Assembly: GCF_036365525.1 (NCBI RefSeq)
Contig: NC_090417.1
Location: 1,779,536-1,843,535 of the forward strand
Direction: 5' to 3'
Source: Heterodontus francisci
Lineage: Eukaryota
DNA: 64,000 nt
Positions 11,001 through 24,311 of the stretch are shown here, one piece after another. Numbering within the stretch: the stretch's first letter is position 1; each line of letters starts with the position of its first letter. Under the pieces are notes generated by a model. It was given only the letters and a program-made list of their open reading frames with translations. It was not told where the DNA came from and made no database searches. The translations under genes and the position numbers were made by a program.

Positions 11001-14000
11001 GATTACAGCAGTATGTTACCATTCTGACTAACTGCAGTGTTTTTCCATCACCCCTGTGTTCACTGACATTGGTTCCATGAATGGCTTGGTTTTAAATTTC
11101 TCATCCTCTTTGTTCAACTTCCTCCATGGTCTCACCTCTTCCTTCCTCAGTAGCCTTCTGCATCCCTACAACCCTCCAAAACCTCTGTGTTCCTCCATTC
11201 CACGCCTGTGCAGCACCTTGGGGCTTTATGAATGCAAATTGTTGTTAAAATAATTAAATCAGTGGAGGTTGTTGCAGGCATGTCAAAATTGCAAGTTGTT
11301 GTAAAGACTCTGTTGTTGTTAATACAGGGAAGCCCGAACCACTGGTGTTCCATGTCCCACAGGCCTTTTTTGATGCCCTGCAGCAGAGGATTTCAATGGG
11401 CAGTAAAAAGAAACGTCTACCCAACTCCACCACAGGTAACGCATGTTACTCACCTGTGCAGGTGTTGCATTGCACCAAATTCCAGGACAAGTATGTCGAG
11501 GTGAAAGTGTGTGACAAACAAGTACGTGACCCTGGTAGGTTAAAGGGATTGGGTAACGCCTTGGGTTACTCAGCATCCTTTCACTTCCGGGAACCTGGGT
11601 TCAGATTCCGCTCAGCCAGTTGGAATGAATGTTGCCTTTAGTCTGCTGCCATTCTCCCAGGATTGGAACAATCACGACCCAATTTCTACTTGTGGAGGAG
11701 ACCAAAGAAGCCATTAATATAAGCTAATAATTTGAATAGGGAATTCAGTTGAAGCAATTTCCTGCAATGAGTGGCTATAATATGGAACTTGCTACCACAG
11801 AGAGTAGTTGAGGTGACTAGCATAGATGCATTTACAGGAAAGCTATCTAAACACATGAGGGCGAAAGAAATAGAAAGGTATGCTGATGGGGTTAGAGGGA
11901 TGGAGGAGGCTTTTCTGGAGCATAAACGCCAGCGTAGACCAGTTGGGCTAAATGGCTTGGTTCTGTGCTGTAAATTCTATGTTATTTATCGCAGCACGAA
12001 ACTGCTTTTATTGTTTATTATTAGAATTAGGAATTACAGTCAGAGAAAACATGACCGTGGTTGATGTGGGAATTGGTAGATTTCCATTTGTTCCCAATGC
12101 ACTTTAGAGGCTGTAGAAAGGCACATTGGGTTCAGAGAGGAGTGACTTTTGTGTGCACCTGATGGTGATGCTAAATGAACACTGCGGAAAAGCCATTCCC
12201 TACCACCATGAAAAACAAAAATCCAAAACAACTTTTTTTTAAAAAGCTAAACGAAACACTGATTGTTCTTTCCTGCTGTGTCTTCGCTCTCCATGCTGCA
12301 CACTGTCTTCACCAGATGTGGTGACTTTCGTTCAGATTTCTGCCAGGACTGCAGAAGCACCATTCGCTCTGCAGTTATCCGATGAGACTTGGAACAAACT
12401 TCATTCCAATTATTTTCCCCTTTCTCTGGTTCTAGAAGCCGCCCATGGCTTTGTTTATCGACTCTTTGTGGGAGTAATGATGACACGGCTTCGCACAACT
12501 ATGTCTAAAATGCCATTTAATTTTGCAGAGAAGTACGTAGTGTGTGTGTGTACATATGTGCATCTATAATATATATATATAATATATATATATATACGGC
12601 GCTTGAGGTGGCTTGGCCATGTGAGCCACATGGAAGATGGCAGGATCCCCAAAGACACATTGTACAGCGAGCTCGCCACTGGTATCAGACCCACCGGCCG
12701 TCCACGTCTCCGCTTCAAAGACGTCTGCAAACGCGACATGAAATCCCGTGACATTGATCACAAGTCGTGGGAGTCAGTTGCCAGCGTTCGCCAGAGCTGG
12801 CGGGCAGCCATAAAGACTGGGCTAAAGTGTGGCGAGTCGAAGAGACTTAGCAGTTGGCAGGAAAAAAGACAGAGGCGCAAGGGGAGAGCCAACTGTGCAA
12901 CAGCCCCGACAAACAAATTTCTCTGCAGCACCTGTGGAAGAGCCTGTCACTCTAGAATTGGCCTTTATCGCCACTCCAGGCGCTGCTTCACAAACCACTG
13001 ACCACCTCCAGGCGCTTACCCATTGTCTCTCGAAATAAGGAGGCCCAAAAGAAATATATATATATTATATATCTCTAGTTGTGTTTCGTGAATTGTGATG
13101 ACTTCATGTGTCACAAACAAAAAGCTTGAGTGGTTTATTAATCTCACCTCAACTTGTCAACATATCACTCCTCGGAACACATGAGAATGTTGAAGGGTTC
13201 GAGGATTCAGTTAAACTTCAAAGTTAGAAATAAGTTTTTCTACCCGAAAAGTAACAGAATTGTGAAATAAGTTGCCAGGGAGGACATTAATATGCTCAAG
13301 AGGCAGTCGGATGCAATTCTCAAAAAATTAATTGAGGGATGTGGTGAAACAGAAAGTGTAAACAGAAAATGGTGCGAACGCTGCGCAGGTAAGGCAGCAT
13401 CTGTGGCGAGAGGACGGTAAGAGTCATGTTTCAAGTTGATGTTTGTTTGTCTGAGTCTTCACTGAAAGGACAGGCTTGTGTCTGATGCTCTACTGTTGCA
13501 AAAAATTCTTGCGTTCTTACTAAGTTTCTGGCTGGTCTCTCATTGCATTGCCCAGGGATGGTCTTGAATTCTGGAGCATGGCTGTCATGGTGCTGTTGAG
13601 AATGAGCTGTGTTTAATCCAGCAAGTCCCCTGTGTGAGGAGGGAGAATAGAAACAGGCTGTTGGATCCAACAAGTCGATGCTGGCATTTGTGCTCCATAC
13701 GAATCTCCTCCCACCACATTTCATGTTCCCTCATCAGCGTTACTCCTTTCTCCCTCGTGTAACTATCTAACTTCCCTTTCAATGCAGCTACACTATTCGC
13801 CTCAACCACTCCTTGTAGTGGCGAGTTCCACATTCTAACCACTCTCTGAGTAAAGACGGTTCTCCTGAATTCCAGATTTGAATTAGACAGCTCCTGAGAT
13901 CAAGTGGAGACTTTTTGCTGAGGTGAATTTCTGTAGCCTGGCAGCTGCTTTTAAATCTGTAGCTCCTGCCCTGGGAGAGAGGCTGGGTGATCCAGGTCGG

Positions 14001-17000
14001 AAGAAACAGCGCAAAGTAACCAATTTTCTTTCCTTTTTATGCTTTTGGCACTTTGATATGTGACATCTGACGTGTGTGTTGTGCCTTGTAGGTTTTGTTC
14101 GGAAGGATGCACTGCCTCTGGGAACGTTCTCCAAATATACCTGGCAGATCACAAATGTTCTGCAGGTCAAGCAGATATTTGATACCCCGGAGGTAGGTAG
14201 AGTCTGCAATAAGGCTCCAGTACTCCCACTGAGCAAAGGCCAAGCCTTAAGTCTCAACAAGAGAAAATGTTAGCGACTGCATTTCAACAGACCTCCGCTT
14301 TCCATACAGATCCTGTGTGGAGTTTGCAAGTTCTCCCTGTGTCTGCGTGGGTTTCCTCCGGGTGCTCCGGTTTCCTCCCACATGCCAAAGACTTGCAGGT
14401 TGATAGGTAAATTGGCCATTATAAATTTCCCCTAGTATAGGTAGGTTGTAGGGAAATATAGGGACAGGTGGGGATGTGGTAGGAATATGGAATTAGTGTA
14501 GGATTAGTATAAATGGGTGGTTGATGGTCGGCACAGACTCGGTGGGCCGAAGGGCCTGTTTCTGTGCTGTAGAACTCTATGACTCAATGAGTTTAGATGT
14601 CCTATGTGGTTCAATGACTGACTGGCTCACAGAATCATTCAGCACAGACGGAGGCTCTATTTTGGCCCATTATGTCTGTCTGGCTCTTCGAAAGCAAACT
14701 CTTTCCCCATAGCCCCGCAGATCGTTCTTTTTCAAGTAGATATCCAGTTTATTTTTTAAATTTACTTTTGAATCTGCTTGCCCACCCTTTCAGGCAGTGC
14801 ATTTCAGATTATAACAACTCACTTTGTGGAAAAAAATTCTTATCTACCCTCTGGTTCTCTTGCCAATTATTTCAAATCTCAGGTTACTGACCTCACCCTG
14901 TCACTAGAATCAGTTTCTCCTTATTTATTCTATCAAAGCCACTCCTAATTTTGAACACCTCTGTTAAAGTAGCTTCTCTCGTCTCTCCACGTAACTGAAG
15001 TCCCTTGTCGCTGGTACCATCCTAGTAAATCTCCTCTGCACCCTCTCGTGGGTGTTTTTCATTTAGCAGTCTGAATCAAGCACTCCTGGATCAGCTACAA
15101 CAAATTAAATGCAGAGTAAAGATGTCTCAAAACTCGTGTGAAAATTCTGTCGGTTAATTTTAGCGCAACTTTGGCCAAATGGTCTATTGTGCTGGAAGCT
15201 TTTGTGGTTGTTACCCCTTTTCACAGCTCAATAATTTTAGAATTGTAGAATGGTTACAACACAGAAGGAGGCCATTAGACCTGCAGCATCTGTGCTGGCT
15301 CGCTCACAAGAGCAACTCAGCTCGTCCCACTCCCCTGCCTTTTTCCCATAACCTGGAAAATTGTTTCTGTTCAGATAATTATACAATACCTTTTTGAAAG
15401 CCACAGCTGAATCTGCCTCCACCACGCTCCCAGGCAGAGCAATCCAGATCCTAACCACTTACTGCCTAAAAAGTTTTGCTTCTTTTGCTAATCACCTTAA
15501 CTCGGTGCCCACTGGTTCTCAATCCTTCTGCCAACGAGAACAGTTTCTCTCCAGCTGCTCTGTCCAGACCTCTCATGATTTTGAACATCTCTATCACATC
15601 TCTTCTTAATCTTCTCTTCTCCAAGGAGAACAGCCCCAGTTTCCCCAACCTATCCACATAATTTAATTCCTTCATCCCTGAAACCATTCTCATAAATCTT
15701 TTCTGCACCCCATCTAATGCCTCCGCATCCTTCCTAAAGTCTGGTACCCAGAATTCGGCACAATACTCCAATTGAGGCTGAACCACTAAAGCTTCACCAT
15801 AACTCCTTGCTTTTCTGCTCTATACCTCTATTTCTAAAGCCCAGGATCCCATATGCCTTATTAACCACTTTCTCAACCTGCCCTGTCACCTTTAGTGATT
15901 TGTGCATATTTACCACAGGTCCTTCTGCCCTGCACCTCCTTTAGAATTTTATCCTTTATTCCATATTGCCCCTCTTGGTTCTTCCGACCAAAATGTGTCA
16001 CTTCACACTTCCTGTGCATTAAATTTGACCTGCCACATGTCCGCCCGTTCCACCAGCCTGCCTATGTCCTCCTGATGTCCTCCTCACCGTTGACAATATT
16101 TTCAAGTTTTGTCATCTGCAAATTTTGAAATTGTGCCCCATACACCCAAGTCTAGGTCATTACTATAGATCAAGAAAAGCAGTGATTTCAATACAAACCC
16201 CTGAGGAAGCCCACTACATAGCTTCCTCCAATCCGAAAAACAACAGTTCACCACAACTGTTTGTTTCCTGTCATTTAACCAACTTTGTATCAATTTTTAG
16301 CCCATCCACTGTCTCAACGACCTCCTCCTTTTCATGATAACTTTGGCAGCATTTTCTTCCTTGGTAAAAATGGATGCAAAGTGCTCATTCAGTTTCTCAC
16401 CCATGCTGTTAAATTTAACAAGGATAATAATTTTAGCCCGAGTGTGCTGGAACTCCAGAAGACCATCAACCTAGTGAACTTGTCTGATATTCACATTTCA
16501 TATGGATCTGTTCAAGTGGCCTCTCGAAGGTGAGCCACAAAATTGTGGCTAGTTCTCAGCTCTGGTTTGAAGCCTATGAGGAATGGATAGGTAGTGGCCA
16601 AACTTGTCCTGCTCAACATCAGTGCCACCACACAGTGGAGACTTAAATCTAAGTAGATTGGATTCAGGCTCAGTTCCCAGAGCCTGTCCTGCTGCTTAAC
16701 CACTGAAGTTGATAGGTCTAGAAACTGCTGGAAATACTCCGCAGGTCAGGCAGCAGCTGTGGAGAGATGAGCAGAGTTAACGTTTTTCAGGTTGATGACC
16801 TTTCATAAGAACAAGTCAGGTACTTTTCTGACAGAATAATTTTAACACAAGCTTTAAGCATTGTACTTTGACACTGTGTTCGTGCTGTAATGCATCAGAA
16901 TAGAAAGCACAAGGACATAGATTTAGACCCATGAATGCTGGGTGAAGGCCAAATGCTTAGGAATGTGGAGGGAGGAAACTATTGAGAGACACGTATACAC

Positions 17001-20000
17001 AAAGAGAGAGAGAGAGACAGACAGACATCCTAGCTTCAAAAGTTAAATTAATCTTAGTGCTTTGTATGGTGGAAAACGGCTCTTGGGATTTTTAGCCTCT
17101 AATCCAGCGCACCTTATTCCACCTTTCAGATGCCCCTGGAGGTTACCCGCAGTTTCATTGAAAACCGTGATGGCACCTACGAGTTGTTTAAGTGCCCGAA
17201 GGTTCAGGTAGAAAGTATCGCAGAGGCTTACGGCCGAGTGGAGAAGCAGCCAATAATTCGGCCGCTGGAACTCAAGACATTCCTGAGAGTCGGTGAGTAA
17301 TTTGGTACCGAGTGTGTTGCTATTTGGGTGCTTTTATTTTTAATGTAAGTACCTTAATCCCTTGGGCTTGAATTTTTCTAAAGGTCTACTGGGTGGTACT
17401 ATGTCAAACACCTTTTGTAAGTCTATATGCACAACATCAACTGTGCCACCAGAACACAATCAAGTTAGTCAAACATGATTCTCTTTTAACAAATCTGTGC
17501 TGGCTTTCATTTATTAAGACACATTTTTCCAAGCGGCAATTAATTTTGTACCTGATTATTGTCTCTAAAAGTTTCCCAACCACCAGTGTTAGGCTGTAGT
17601 TGCTGGGTTTATCCCTGTCCCCATTTTAAACAGGAGTGTAACATTTTCAATCCTTCAATCCACTGGCACCACTCCCATATCTAAGAGGGATGAGAGGATT
17701 GTGTCCCAAGCCTCTACAATTTCCACCCTTACTTCCCCCAGTAGCGGAGAGGAGTGTCCCATCCTGACTGGGTGCCTTTTCTACTTTGAAGGCTGCCAAC
17801 CTTTTAAGTACATCCTGTTTATCTATTTTTATACTATTCAATATTGCTACTATCTCCTCCTTTACTGCTACATTAGCAGCATCCTCTTCTCCAGTGAAGA
17901 TGGTCCCTAATAAACCGCACCCTTGCTTTTAATCATAGAATGGCCACAGCACAGAAGGAGGCTGTTGGACCCATCTTGTCTGTACTGGCTCACTCACAAG
18001 AGCAACTCAGCTCGTCCCACCCCTGACTTTCCGTAGCCCTGCACATCTTTGCTCTTCAAATAATTATGCAATTCCTTTTTGAAAGCCACGATTGAATCTG
18101 CCTCTCCCACACCATCAGGCAATGCATTCCAGATCCTGACCACACGCTGCCTAAAAAAAGATTTTCCTCATGTTGCCTTTGGTTCTTGATCCTTCTGCCA
18201 ATGGGAACAGATTCAGCCTATGCACTCTGTCCAGACCCCTCATGATTTTGAACACCTCCATCAACTCTCCTCTCAACCTCCTCTAAGGAGACAGCCCCAG
18301 CTTCTCCATTCTTTCCTCATAACTGAAGTCCCTCATCCCTGGAACCATTCTTGTAAATCTTTTCTGCATCCTCCCGAAAGTCGGGTGCCCAGAATTGGTT
18401 ACATCAGTCGAGGCTGAACCAGTGTTTCATAAAGGTTCACCATGGCCTCCTTGCTTTTGTATCCTATGCCTCCATTGTTCAAATGCAGGATTCCATTTGC
18501 CTTATTAACCACTTTCTCAAGCTGCCCTGCCACCTTCAACAATTTGTGCGCATATACTCTCAGATCCCTCTGCTCCTGCACCCACTTGAGAATTGTATCA
18601 TTATTGTATATTGCCTCTCCTTGTTCTCCCTCCCAAAATGTATAACTTCAAACTTCTCTGCATTAAATTTCATCTGCCACATATCCGCCCATTCCATCTG
18701 GCTGCTTCTCCCGCATTTCCTATTTGCTTTTGTTGCCCCTAATTTGTAAATATCTCTTGTGTTTAAATTTTGTACATGGCAGGAAACCTTCCTTCAATCC
18801 AATCTGTCCAAATCTTTCATGATTATAAACACTTCTATAATTTCAAGTGTGTGGAAAACCTCAGGGTAGTCAATCGTTCATCAAATGTCACAACCTTAAA
18901 TTCTGGGACCAACCTTTGTACCCCGTCCAATAACAGAATATCCTTTTTGAAATAGGGAGACCAAATCTGTACGCAGTACAGCTCTTCCATCCAGTACAAT
19001 CCTATGGTTCTATTTCCCCTTAGCCCTACCGCAGTATCCAATTATCTGATAAATGCCCATGGGATTTTTGCCTTTGCCTCTTGTCCAGAAGTTCACTCCA
19101 TGTGCCCTATCTTTGTTTGAAGCAATACTGATACAACAACACCAACTTATATTTGTATAGCACCTTTAACTTAATAAAAAGTCGCAAGGCGTTTCTCAGG
19201 AGTATTATAAAACAAAGTATGACATTGAGCCACATAAGGAGATATTGGGTCAGATGAGCAAATATTTGGTCAAAGATTGAGGTTTTAAGGAGTGTCTTAA
19301 AGGAGGGAAGCGAGGTGAAGAGGCAGGAAGGGAATTCCAGAGCTTAGAGCCTAGGCAACTGAAGCAACGGTTGCCAACGGTGGGGAGATTAAAATCAGGG
19401 ATGCTCAAGAGGCCAGAATTCGATGAGCGCAAGTATCTTGGAGGGTTGAAGGTGATTACAGAGATAGGGAGTCTCTTGAGCATCCCTGATTTTAATCACT
19501 CCACCATCGGTGGCCCTGCCTTCAGCGGCCTCGACCCTACGTTAAAATTTCCTCCCTAAACCTCTCTGGCTCTCGACCTCTCTTTTCTCCTTTCAGACAC
19601 TGCTTTGACCAAGCTTTTGGTCATCTGCCCTAATACCTCTTTATGTGGCTCAGTGTCCTATTTTGTTGTGTAATGCCTCGGGACATCTTGGGACATCTTG
19701 TTAAATTAAAGACGCAACATAAATACAAGTTGTTGCTGCACCCTTGAAGACGCACACAATGCATCAGGAATGATATGCACAGCATGAATTCCTTTGAAAG
19801 CTCTTTGATTTATGGTATGCCTGGGGCAATAACATTTTGGTCATTTTTCTGTTAAGGGATATCCAGTGGATTGTAACAACTTTACTTTAATTGTTGGCTA
19901 TTGTGAAATTCACTGCTGATTTCTCCTTTCCTTTCAGGGAACATGTCCCCCGACCAGAAAGAACCCACTCCGTTTATAATTGAATGGATCCCAGATATTC

Positions 20001-20146
20001 TGCCCAGGTTGAAGATTGGGGAAATGAGGATTAAGCTTGAGTACGGTCACCACCGGAATGGACACATTGAGTACAGAGAACAGCAGCCCTCTCCGGAGCA
20101 GAGTCTTGAGCTTAGTCCTTCCCTAGCCACCATTAATATTCACTGA
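4217..20146 (+). CDS. C2orf42: C2orf42 orthologue, spliced CDS join(4217..5036,8302..8418,9822..9923,11328..11435,14092..14192,17130..17292,19938..20146), 539 aa zinc-finger protein
   Basis: All GT-AG introns with compatible phases. Translation matches recalled human C2orf42 motifs: [95 protein letters not shown]. Confidence 0.95.
5870..6205 (+). mobile_element. tRNA-derived SINE family 2 (MetaSINE-like core)
   Basis: Core AAAACCCATCTGGTTCAC.AATGTCCTT..GGGAAGGAAATCTGCC and tail AAGGGCAATTAGGGATGG. Further copies at 33841-34238(-), 39058-39360(+), 39440-39795(-), 47222-47375(-) and 63621-64000(+). Confidence 0.7.
6861..7205 (-). mobile_element. V-SINE (HE1-like) nested in a CR1-group LINE 3' end
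   Basis: tRNA-like head GCACAGTGGCGCAGTGGTTAGC, V-domain GTGTGGAGTTTGCAAGTTCTCCCTGTG, CR1-type tail, (TAAA)n. Confidence 0.85.
7205..7860 (-). mobile_element. CR1-group LINE 3' fragment (partner of SINE family 2)
   Basis: [20 protein letters not shown] and [20 protein letters not shown]-terminal peptides; continues at 6790-6860 beyond the nested SINE. Confidence 0.75.
8302..8418 (+). CDS. C2orf42: C2orf42 coding exon 2 (basic NLS-like KAKKKKKDD)
   Basis: TTTAACTAG acceptor, GTAAGC donor. Encodes [38 protein letters not shown]. Confidence 0.85.
9325..9683 (-). mobile_element. V-SINE (HE1-like), full length
   Basis: Same head, V-domain and tail; (ATCTA)n tail. Confidence 0.85.
9822..9923 (+). 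CDS. C2orf42: C2orf42 coding exon 3
   Basis: Polypyrimidine tract and CAG acceptor; [33 protein letters not shown]; GTCAGT donor. Confidence 0.93.
10581..10845. mobile_element. Degenerate non-autonomous DNA transposon (hAT/Tip100-like MITE)
   Basis: Imperfect terminal inverted repeats GGGTCGCCAAC...CCTGGAG and CTCCAGG...GTTGGCAAAAC around an AT-rich core. Confidence 0.4.
11328..11435 (+). CDS. C2orf42: C2orf42 coding exon 4
   Basis: [35 protein letters not shown]; AG acceptor, GTAAC donor. Confidence 0.93.
12540..12596. repeat. (TG)n/(TA)n microsatellite
   Basis: Visible dinucleotide runs; the TA run resumes at 13054-13072. Confidence 0.85.
12597..13053 (+). mobile_element. 5'-truncated RTE-clade LINE inserted in a (TA)n microsatellite
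   Basis: Intact ORF end [23 protein letters not shown]...[15 protein letters not shown] with C-terminal CxxC..H...C motif, short 3' UTR, (TA)n on both flanks. Confidence 0.88.
14092..14192 (+). CDS. C2orf42: C2orf42 coding exon 5
   Basis: [33 protein letters not shown]; TGTAG acceptor, GTAGG donor. Confidence 0.93.
14312..14590 (+). mobile_element. V-SINE (HE1-like), 5'-truncated
   Basis: V-domain and CR1-type tail. Confidence 0.8.
15240..16290 (-). mobile_element. CR1 (HER1-like) LINE 3' fragment
   Basis: [11 protein letters not shown]...[26 protein letters not shown]; FADD motif at 16102-16125. Confidence 0.85.
16720..16815 (-). mobile_element. Penelope-like terminus with degenerate hammerhead
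   Basis: Reverse complement reads GTT-CTTATGA-AAGGTCATCAACCT-GAAAAAC-GTT-AAC followed by a CTCTCCACAG.TGCTGCC tail. Confidence 0.55.
17130..17292 (+). CDS. C2orf42: C2orf42 coding exon 6
   Basis: [54 protein letters not shown]; TTTCAG acceptor, GTGAGT donor. Confidence 0.93.
17380..18700 (-). mobile_element. CR1 LINE fragments
   Basis: [31 protein letters not shown] and upstream ORF2 remnants. Confidence 0.75.
19135..19740. mobile_element. Inverted pair of L2-type LINE 3' ends
   Basis: Minus copy 19135-19470 and plus copy 19472-19740 share CTCTTGAGCATCCCTGATTTTAATC and TTTGACCAA in opposite orientation. Confidence 0.7.
19938..20146 (+). CDS. C2orf42: C2orf42 last coding exon
   Basis: [42 protein letters not shown]...TINIH then stop; TTTCAG acceptor. 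Confidence 0.93.
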
Positions 20147-23100
20147 AAACAGGGCCACCTCTTTTGTAGGTAGGAAAAAGAAAGGAAATTCAGTACTGCG
20201 GTCAAACGGGGTGCAAAAGGACCTCTGGAATCAGTCTCAAATCTGGTCAAAAAAACTGCAATCCAAACTGTGAGTTTGAAGACTGATTGCCTCTGAATGA
20301 CCAGTGCAGGACAGTAGACTTGTGGGTTGCATTTAATGGCACTTAACATGTTTGTTCCTACGACTTGCAGTCATTAATTTAGACTTTGAAAATGCATCAC
20401 AGTATTTAAACAATCCTTCTTGTAAGCATTAGATATGCTTTGATTTCCATTTTCTTATTATGTCAAGGAGGTTATCGACATATGACCATGTAGAGACTGT
20501 GTAACTCCATGCTGATCTGGGTGTGCGGCCTGTATCTGAATTAATTATCTTTTGTCCTCGGGTAATGGCTGAAGTTTGTGTTGTGGCTTGTATTTGCGTG
20601 ACAGCGAACCAAATGAAGTTATACCTCGCTCCAGCAAAATAAGGAGCGTGTTTTTAAGGTACCACGTTTGCAGAAATGCTGTATGGACAGTCTGCAGTGG
20701 TGATACTGACAGGATAGCAGGGGCCTATTGCGGGAGTGAAGCCACTCACCACCCAGACTGTCTCGGCACTGGCAGGCACCTGACACCTCTGAAACTGTAT
20801 CTGGCGGGGGAGAAGGGGTGCAGTTTTGGGCCTTCGCAAAATGCAGAAACTGTGTGAAGAACAGTCAAAGCAAGAGATTTCACCTTTGCAATACGGATAG
20901 CAGTTAACTCACAAAGCTTTTAAAATTAATTTCTTGCACTAACTCCTCTGTCGTTGACCAGTTTTCCATGATTGCACTTGCTGCATACTGTGCATCTGAA
21001 TGTAAGACTGTACAGTAGCTGAAAAAGAATCTGTATTTCGATAACATCTCATCAGGCCCTTGCAATGCCCCAAAGTGCTTTATAGCTAATTATTTTTCAA
21101 GTGCAGTCACTGTTCTGCAGGAAACAAGGCAGCAAGATCCCAAGAACAACCAATGAGATAAATGACCAGTTAATGTTGTTGGTCGTGTTCGATAAGTGTG
21201 AAATGTTGGCCAAAGCATTGGGATAACTCATGACTGCTCTTTGAATAGTGCCGTGGAATCCATTGCACCCACCTAAACAGGCATCCAGGGTCTTAGTTTT
21301 ATATCAAAAGACAGCAACTCTTGACTGTGCAGCACTCCTTCAGTACTGCACTGGAGTGCCAGCCTTGATCATTTGCTGAAGTGGACCTTGAGCCTGCAAT
21401 GTCAGAGCTGAGAATAGAATGCTCTCATCTTTTCACGTTGAACTTACTTCACGCAGCACCTAAAAATGTGTGATTTGCATTTTAATATAGCACCTTTCAC
21501 AATCTCAGGATGTCTCCAAGTCCTTTATAGCCTATTACGTATTTTTGAAGTTTAGTCAGTATTATATTGTAGGGCAGCGCAGCAGCCAATTTGCAACAGC
21601 AAGGTCCCACAAACAGCAATAGTGCCACAGGATCTTTTATGTTCACCTGAGAGGGCAGTTTCAACATCTGCAACAGTGCAGTGCTCCTTCAGTACTGCAC
21701 TGAAGTGCCAGTTTAGATGATATGCTCAAGTCTCTGTTTTGGGGCCGGAACCCACCACTCTTGACTTGCAGGTGAGAATGTTCCTACTGATCCAAGACTG
21801 GCATCTTTACATGTAATTGATATTTCTTGGCCAGACTGGGCTTGGCAGCAAGTTCTAACATATCCCCAGCACCACGCACCACCACCCCCCCCCCACCCCC
21901 CCGGCCTGCCCACACACACACTTTCTCCTCTTCCTCCTGTGAAAGCACTAATGCATGCTGAGGTACTGGTACTTCACCTAAGTGGTCATTCCACCTGTCA
22001 GTGAGTTTAAGCAGGATGTTCACCATGGAGGCAAATCTCATCAAAATCCACTGTTATTCACTAATGCACTGCTTAGCAATAGCAGTCACTCTGCAGCAAT
22101 CAGACTGATTGTCTGTCCCCTTCCTTGCTGGTGCCATCTGCAGTGCCCACTCTGCTGCCACAGTCTGAAGGCTGAACTTGGTGCTCCACACCAGGGAGTG
22201 CCTTTACCCAATGACCCATTGGGGTTAAGGGGAAGCTGATGCAGGTTAATAACCGCCCAGGCTTCCTAACCTACTGCGCAAAGCATCACATCTTAGGACA
22301 AAGGCAGCCAGACTCATCTAGAGACAGGTATCTACCATAACATAATCAGGTGCATCAGAGAAATCTCTGCACTTGTAAACCTAAGTTCAAAGTTTACTTT
22401 TTTTTCAAAAAAACTTTCGACGTATGTAGTTGAAGCATTAGAATTCCTGTGTACTGATGCCTTTGCCTCATCTCTCCGATCGGGGCAAGGGCAAGCAAGG
22501 GTTAACAGTCGTGTCGACGGCAATTCTGCATTTGTCAGGATTGAACTACCTTAGTTTTCCCATTTTCTCATGGATTATGTTACACAGTTTGTCCAGAAAA
22601 CGTGCATGGATATACAATTGGCATTAACTGGACTGGTTTAATCCTGCGACCACCAACCTCGCCCCCAACCCTCTCCCCAGTTGTGGGAATGATGTTGGGT
22701 TTTTGTGGAGAGCCCTCTGGAATAAATTCTGCCTGTATAATCAATTTTCACTTTGGTCTTGCTGCATTGTACCCTTGGTAAAAGATTGTATCTGTTTTGC
22801 ATGCTCCATGTTGTTTGTGAGAGATTTGCAGTTTGCTAAATATTTTCGTCATTGACTAGATGGAGCCTTGAGAACATTGAGTCAGCTAATTCCCTGTGTG
22901 CACCAAGATGTGAGCAGGCAACTGATCAGGGTTGAAAGTCGGCCTGGAATGATGGGTTGGAGTTCCCCTCTTTGCTGGCTGCAGGCTTGTAACCCTTTAG
23001 GTGTCACTTCACTGTGCAGAACTGTCTACTAGTTGGGTTGAAGGGAAAACTTTCCAGTGGTTGGAGTCATGCAAAGGAAAGTGATTGTGGGAGATCAATC

Positions 23101-24114
23101 ATTGTCGCCCCAGGCCATCACTGCATGAGTTCCTCGGAAACATCCTCGGCCTGACCATCTCCTGCTGCTTCTTAATGATCTCCCCTCCCAAGAAATGGGG
23201 CTGTCTGCTGATGCTTCCACAGTGTTCAGTTCCATTCACAACTCCTCCACGAATGGAACAGCCCACGCCAGGCCACAGCAGGATTTGGATGACATCCAGG
23301 CTTGGGCTGACAACTGGCAGGTAACATTTGTGCTTCATAAGTGGCAGTTAATAACTTCGAACAAGAGAAAGGTCAGCCTTCAGTGTCACCACCCAGATCG
23401 CCAAGATCCCACATTCAACATTTTGGGACCTCTATCACCAACAATATCATGCGTCGTGGGACAGCGATGCCAGCGAATGTGACCTTGATGGGTTTCTGCA
23501 ATCCATCGTACGTATTGCAGCCACAGTGTGCCAGGGTGTTGGTGAATATTGAGTCTAGTGGCAGGAGCACTAATCAAGTGAACTGTTCTGTCCTGCATGC
23601 TGTTGAGCTTCAAATGTTGCACTGCATTCCACCTCAAATCACACACAATCATGTAGGTCTAGCAGTATAACTCAGGGCTGTCAGCTCTACCTTGCCCAAA
23701 GGAGATATTGATATCAAAAAAACAGCAAATCTCATTGCCATAAAATACAAAATCCTGAGAGTTTACAGAGGAGGCTATTGTGGCCGCAAAGCTCAGTGGA
23801 CTCTGTCCCGGTCCCTGGCAACTATCTGAGGCTGAACCAGACCTTTCACAACTTTGGTGTCATCTTGAATTCGAGATGCACTTCCAACCTATGAATCAGC
23901 TGCATTACCAAGATCTCTTATTTCCACCTCTGTAACATCCCTCATCTGCATCGCAGCATTAGCTCATTTGCTGCTGAAATCCTCATCCACTCCTTTGTTA
24001 CCTCTGCACTTGACTATTCCAATTTTCTCCTGGCTGGCTTCACATCTTCCACCTGACATAAACTTGAGCTCATTCAAAACTTGAGCTGCCTGTATCCTGG
24101 CTCACACCAAGTCC

Positions 24115-24311
24115 GAAGTGCAAAATATTGCAATGCTGAAATCTGGGGGGGGAAAAAACACACACAATGCTGGAAATACTTGGCAGGTCTGGCAACATCT
24201 GTGGAGAGAGAAATCGAGTTGTTCATTGACCTGAAATGTTATCTGTTGCACTCTCCACAGCTGCTGGCAGACAAGCTGAGTATTTCCAGCACCTTCTGTT
24301 TTTTTTATTTT
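24115..24311. mobile_element. Inverted pair of Penelope-like termini inserted in an L2 fragment
   Basis: Arms 24168-24208 and 24251-24291 are near reverse complements and match the 32995-33040 tail; flanked by an imperfect CACACCA..TCC duplication. Confidence 0.6.

Noticed and set aside
22721-22726. AATAAA as the C2orf42 poly(A) signal
   Set aside because: It lies 2.6 kb after the stop, beyond SINE insertions, and cannot be assigned without transcript data.
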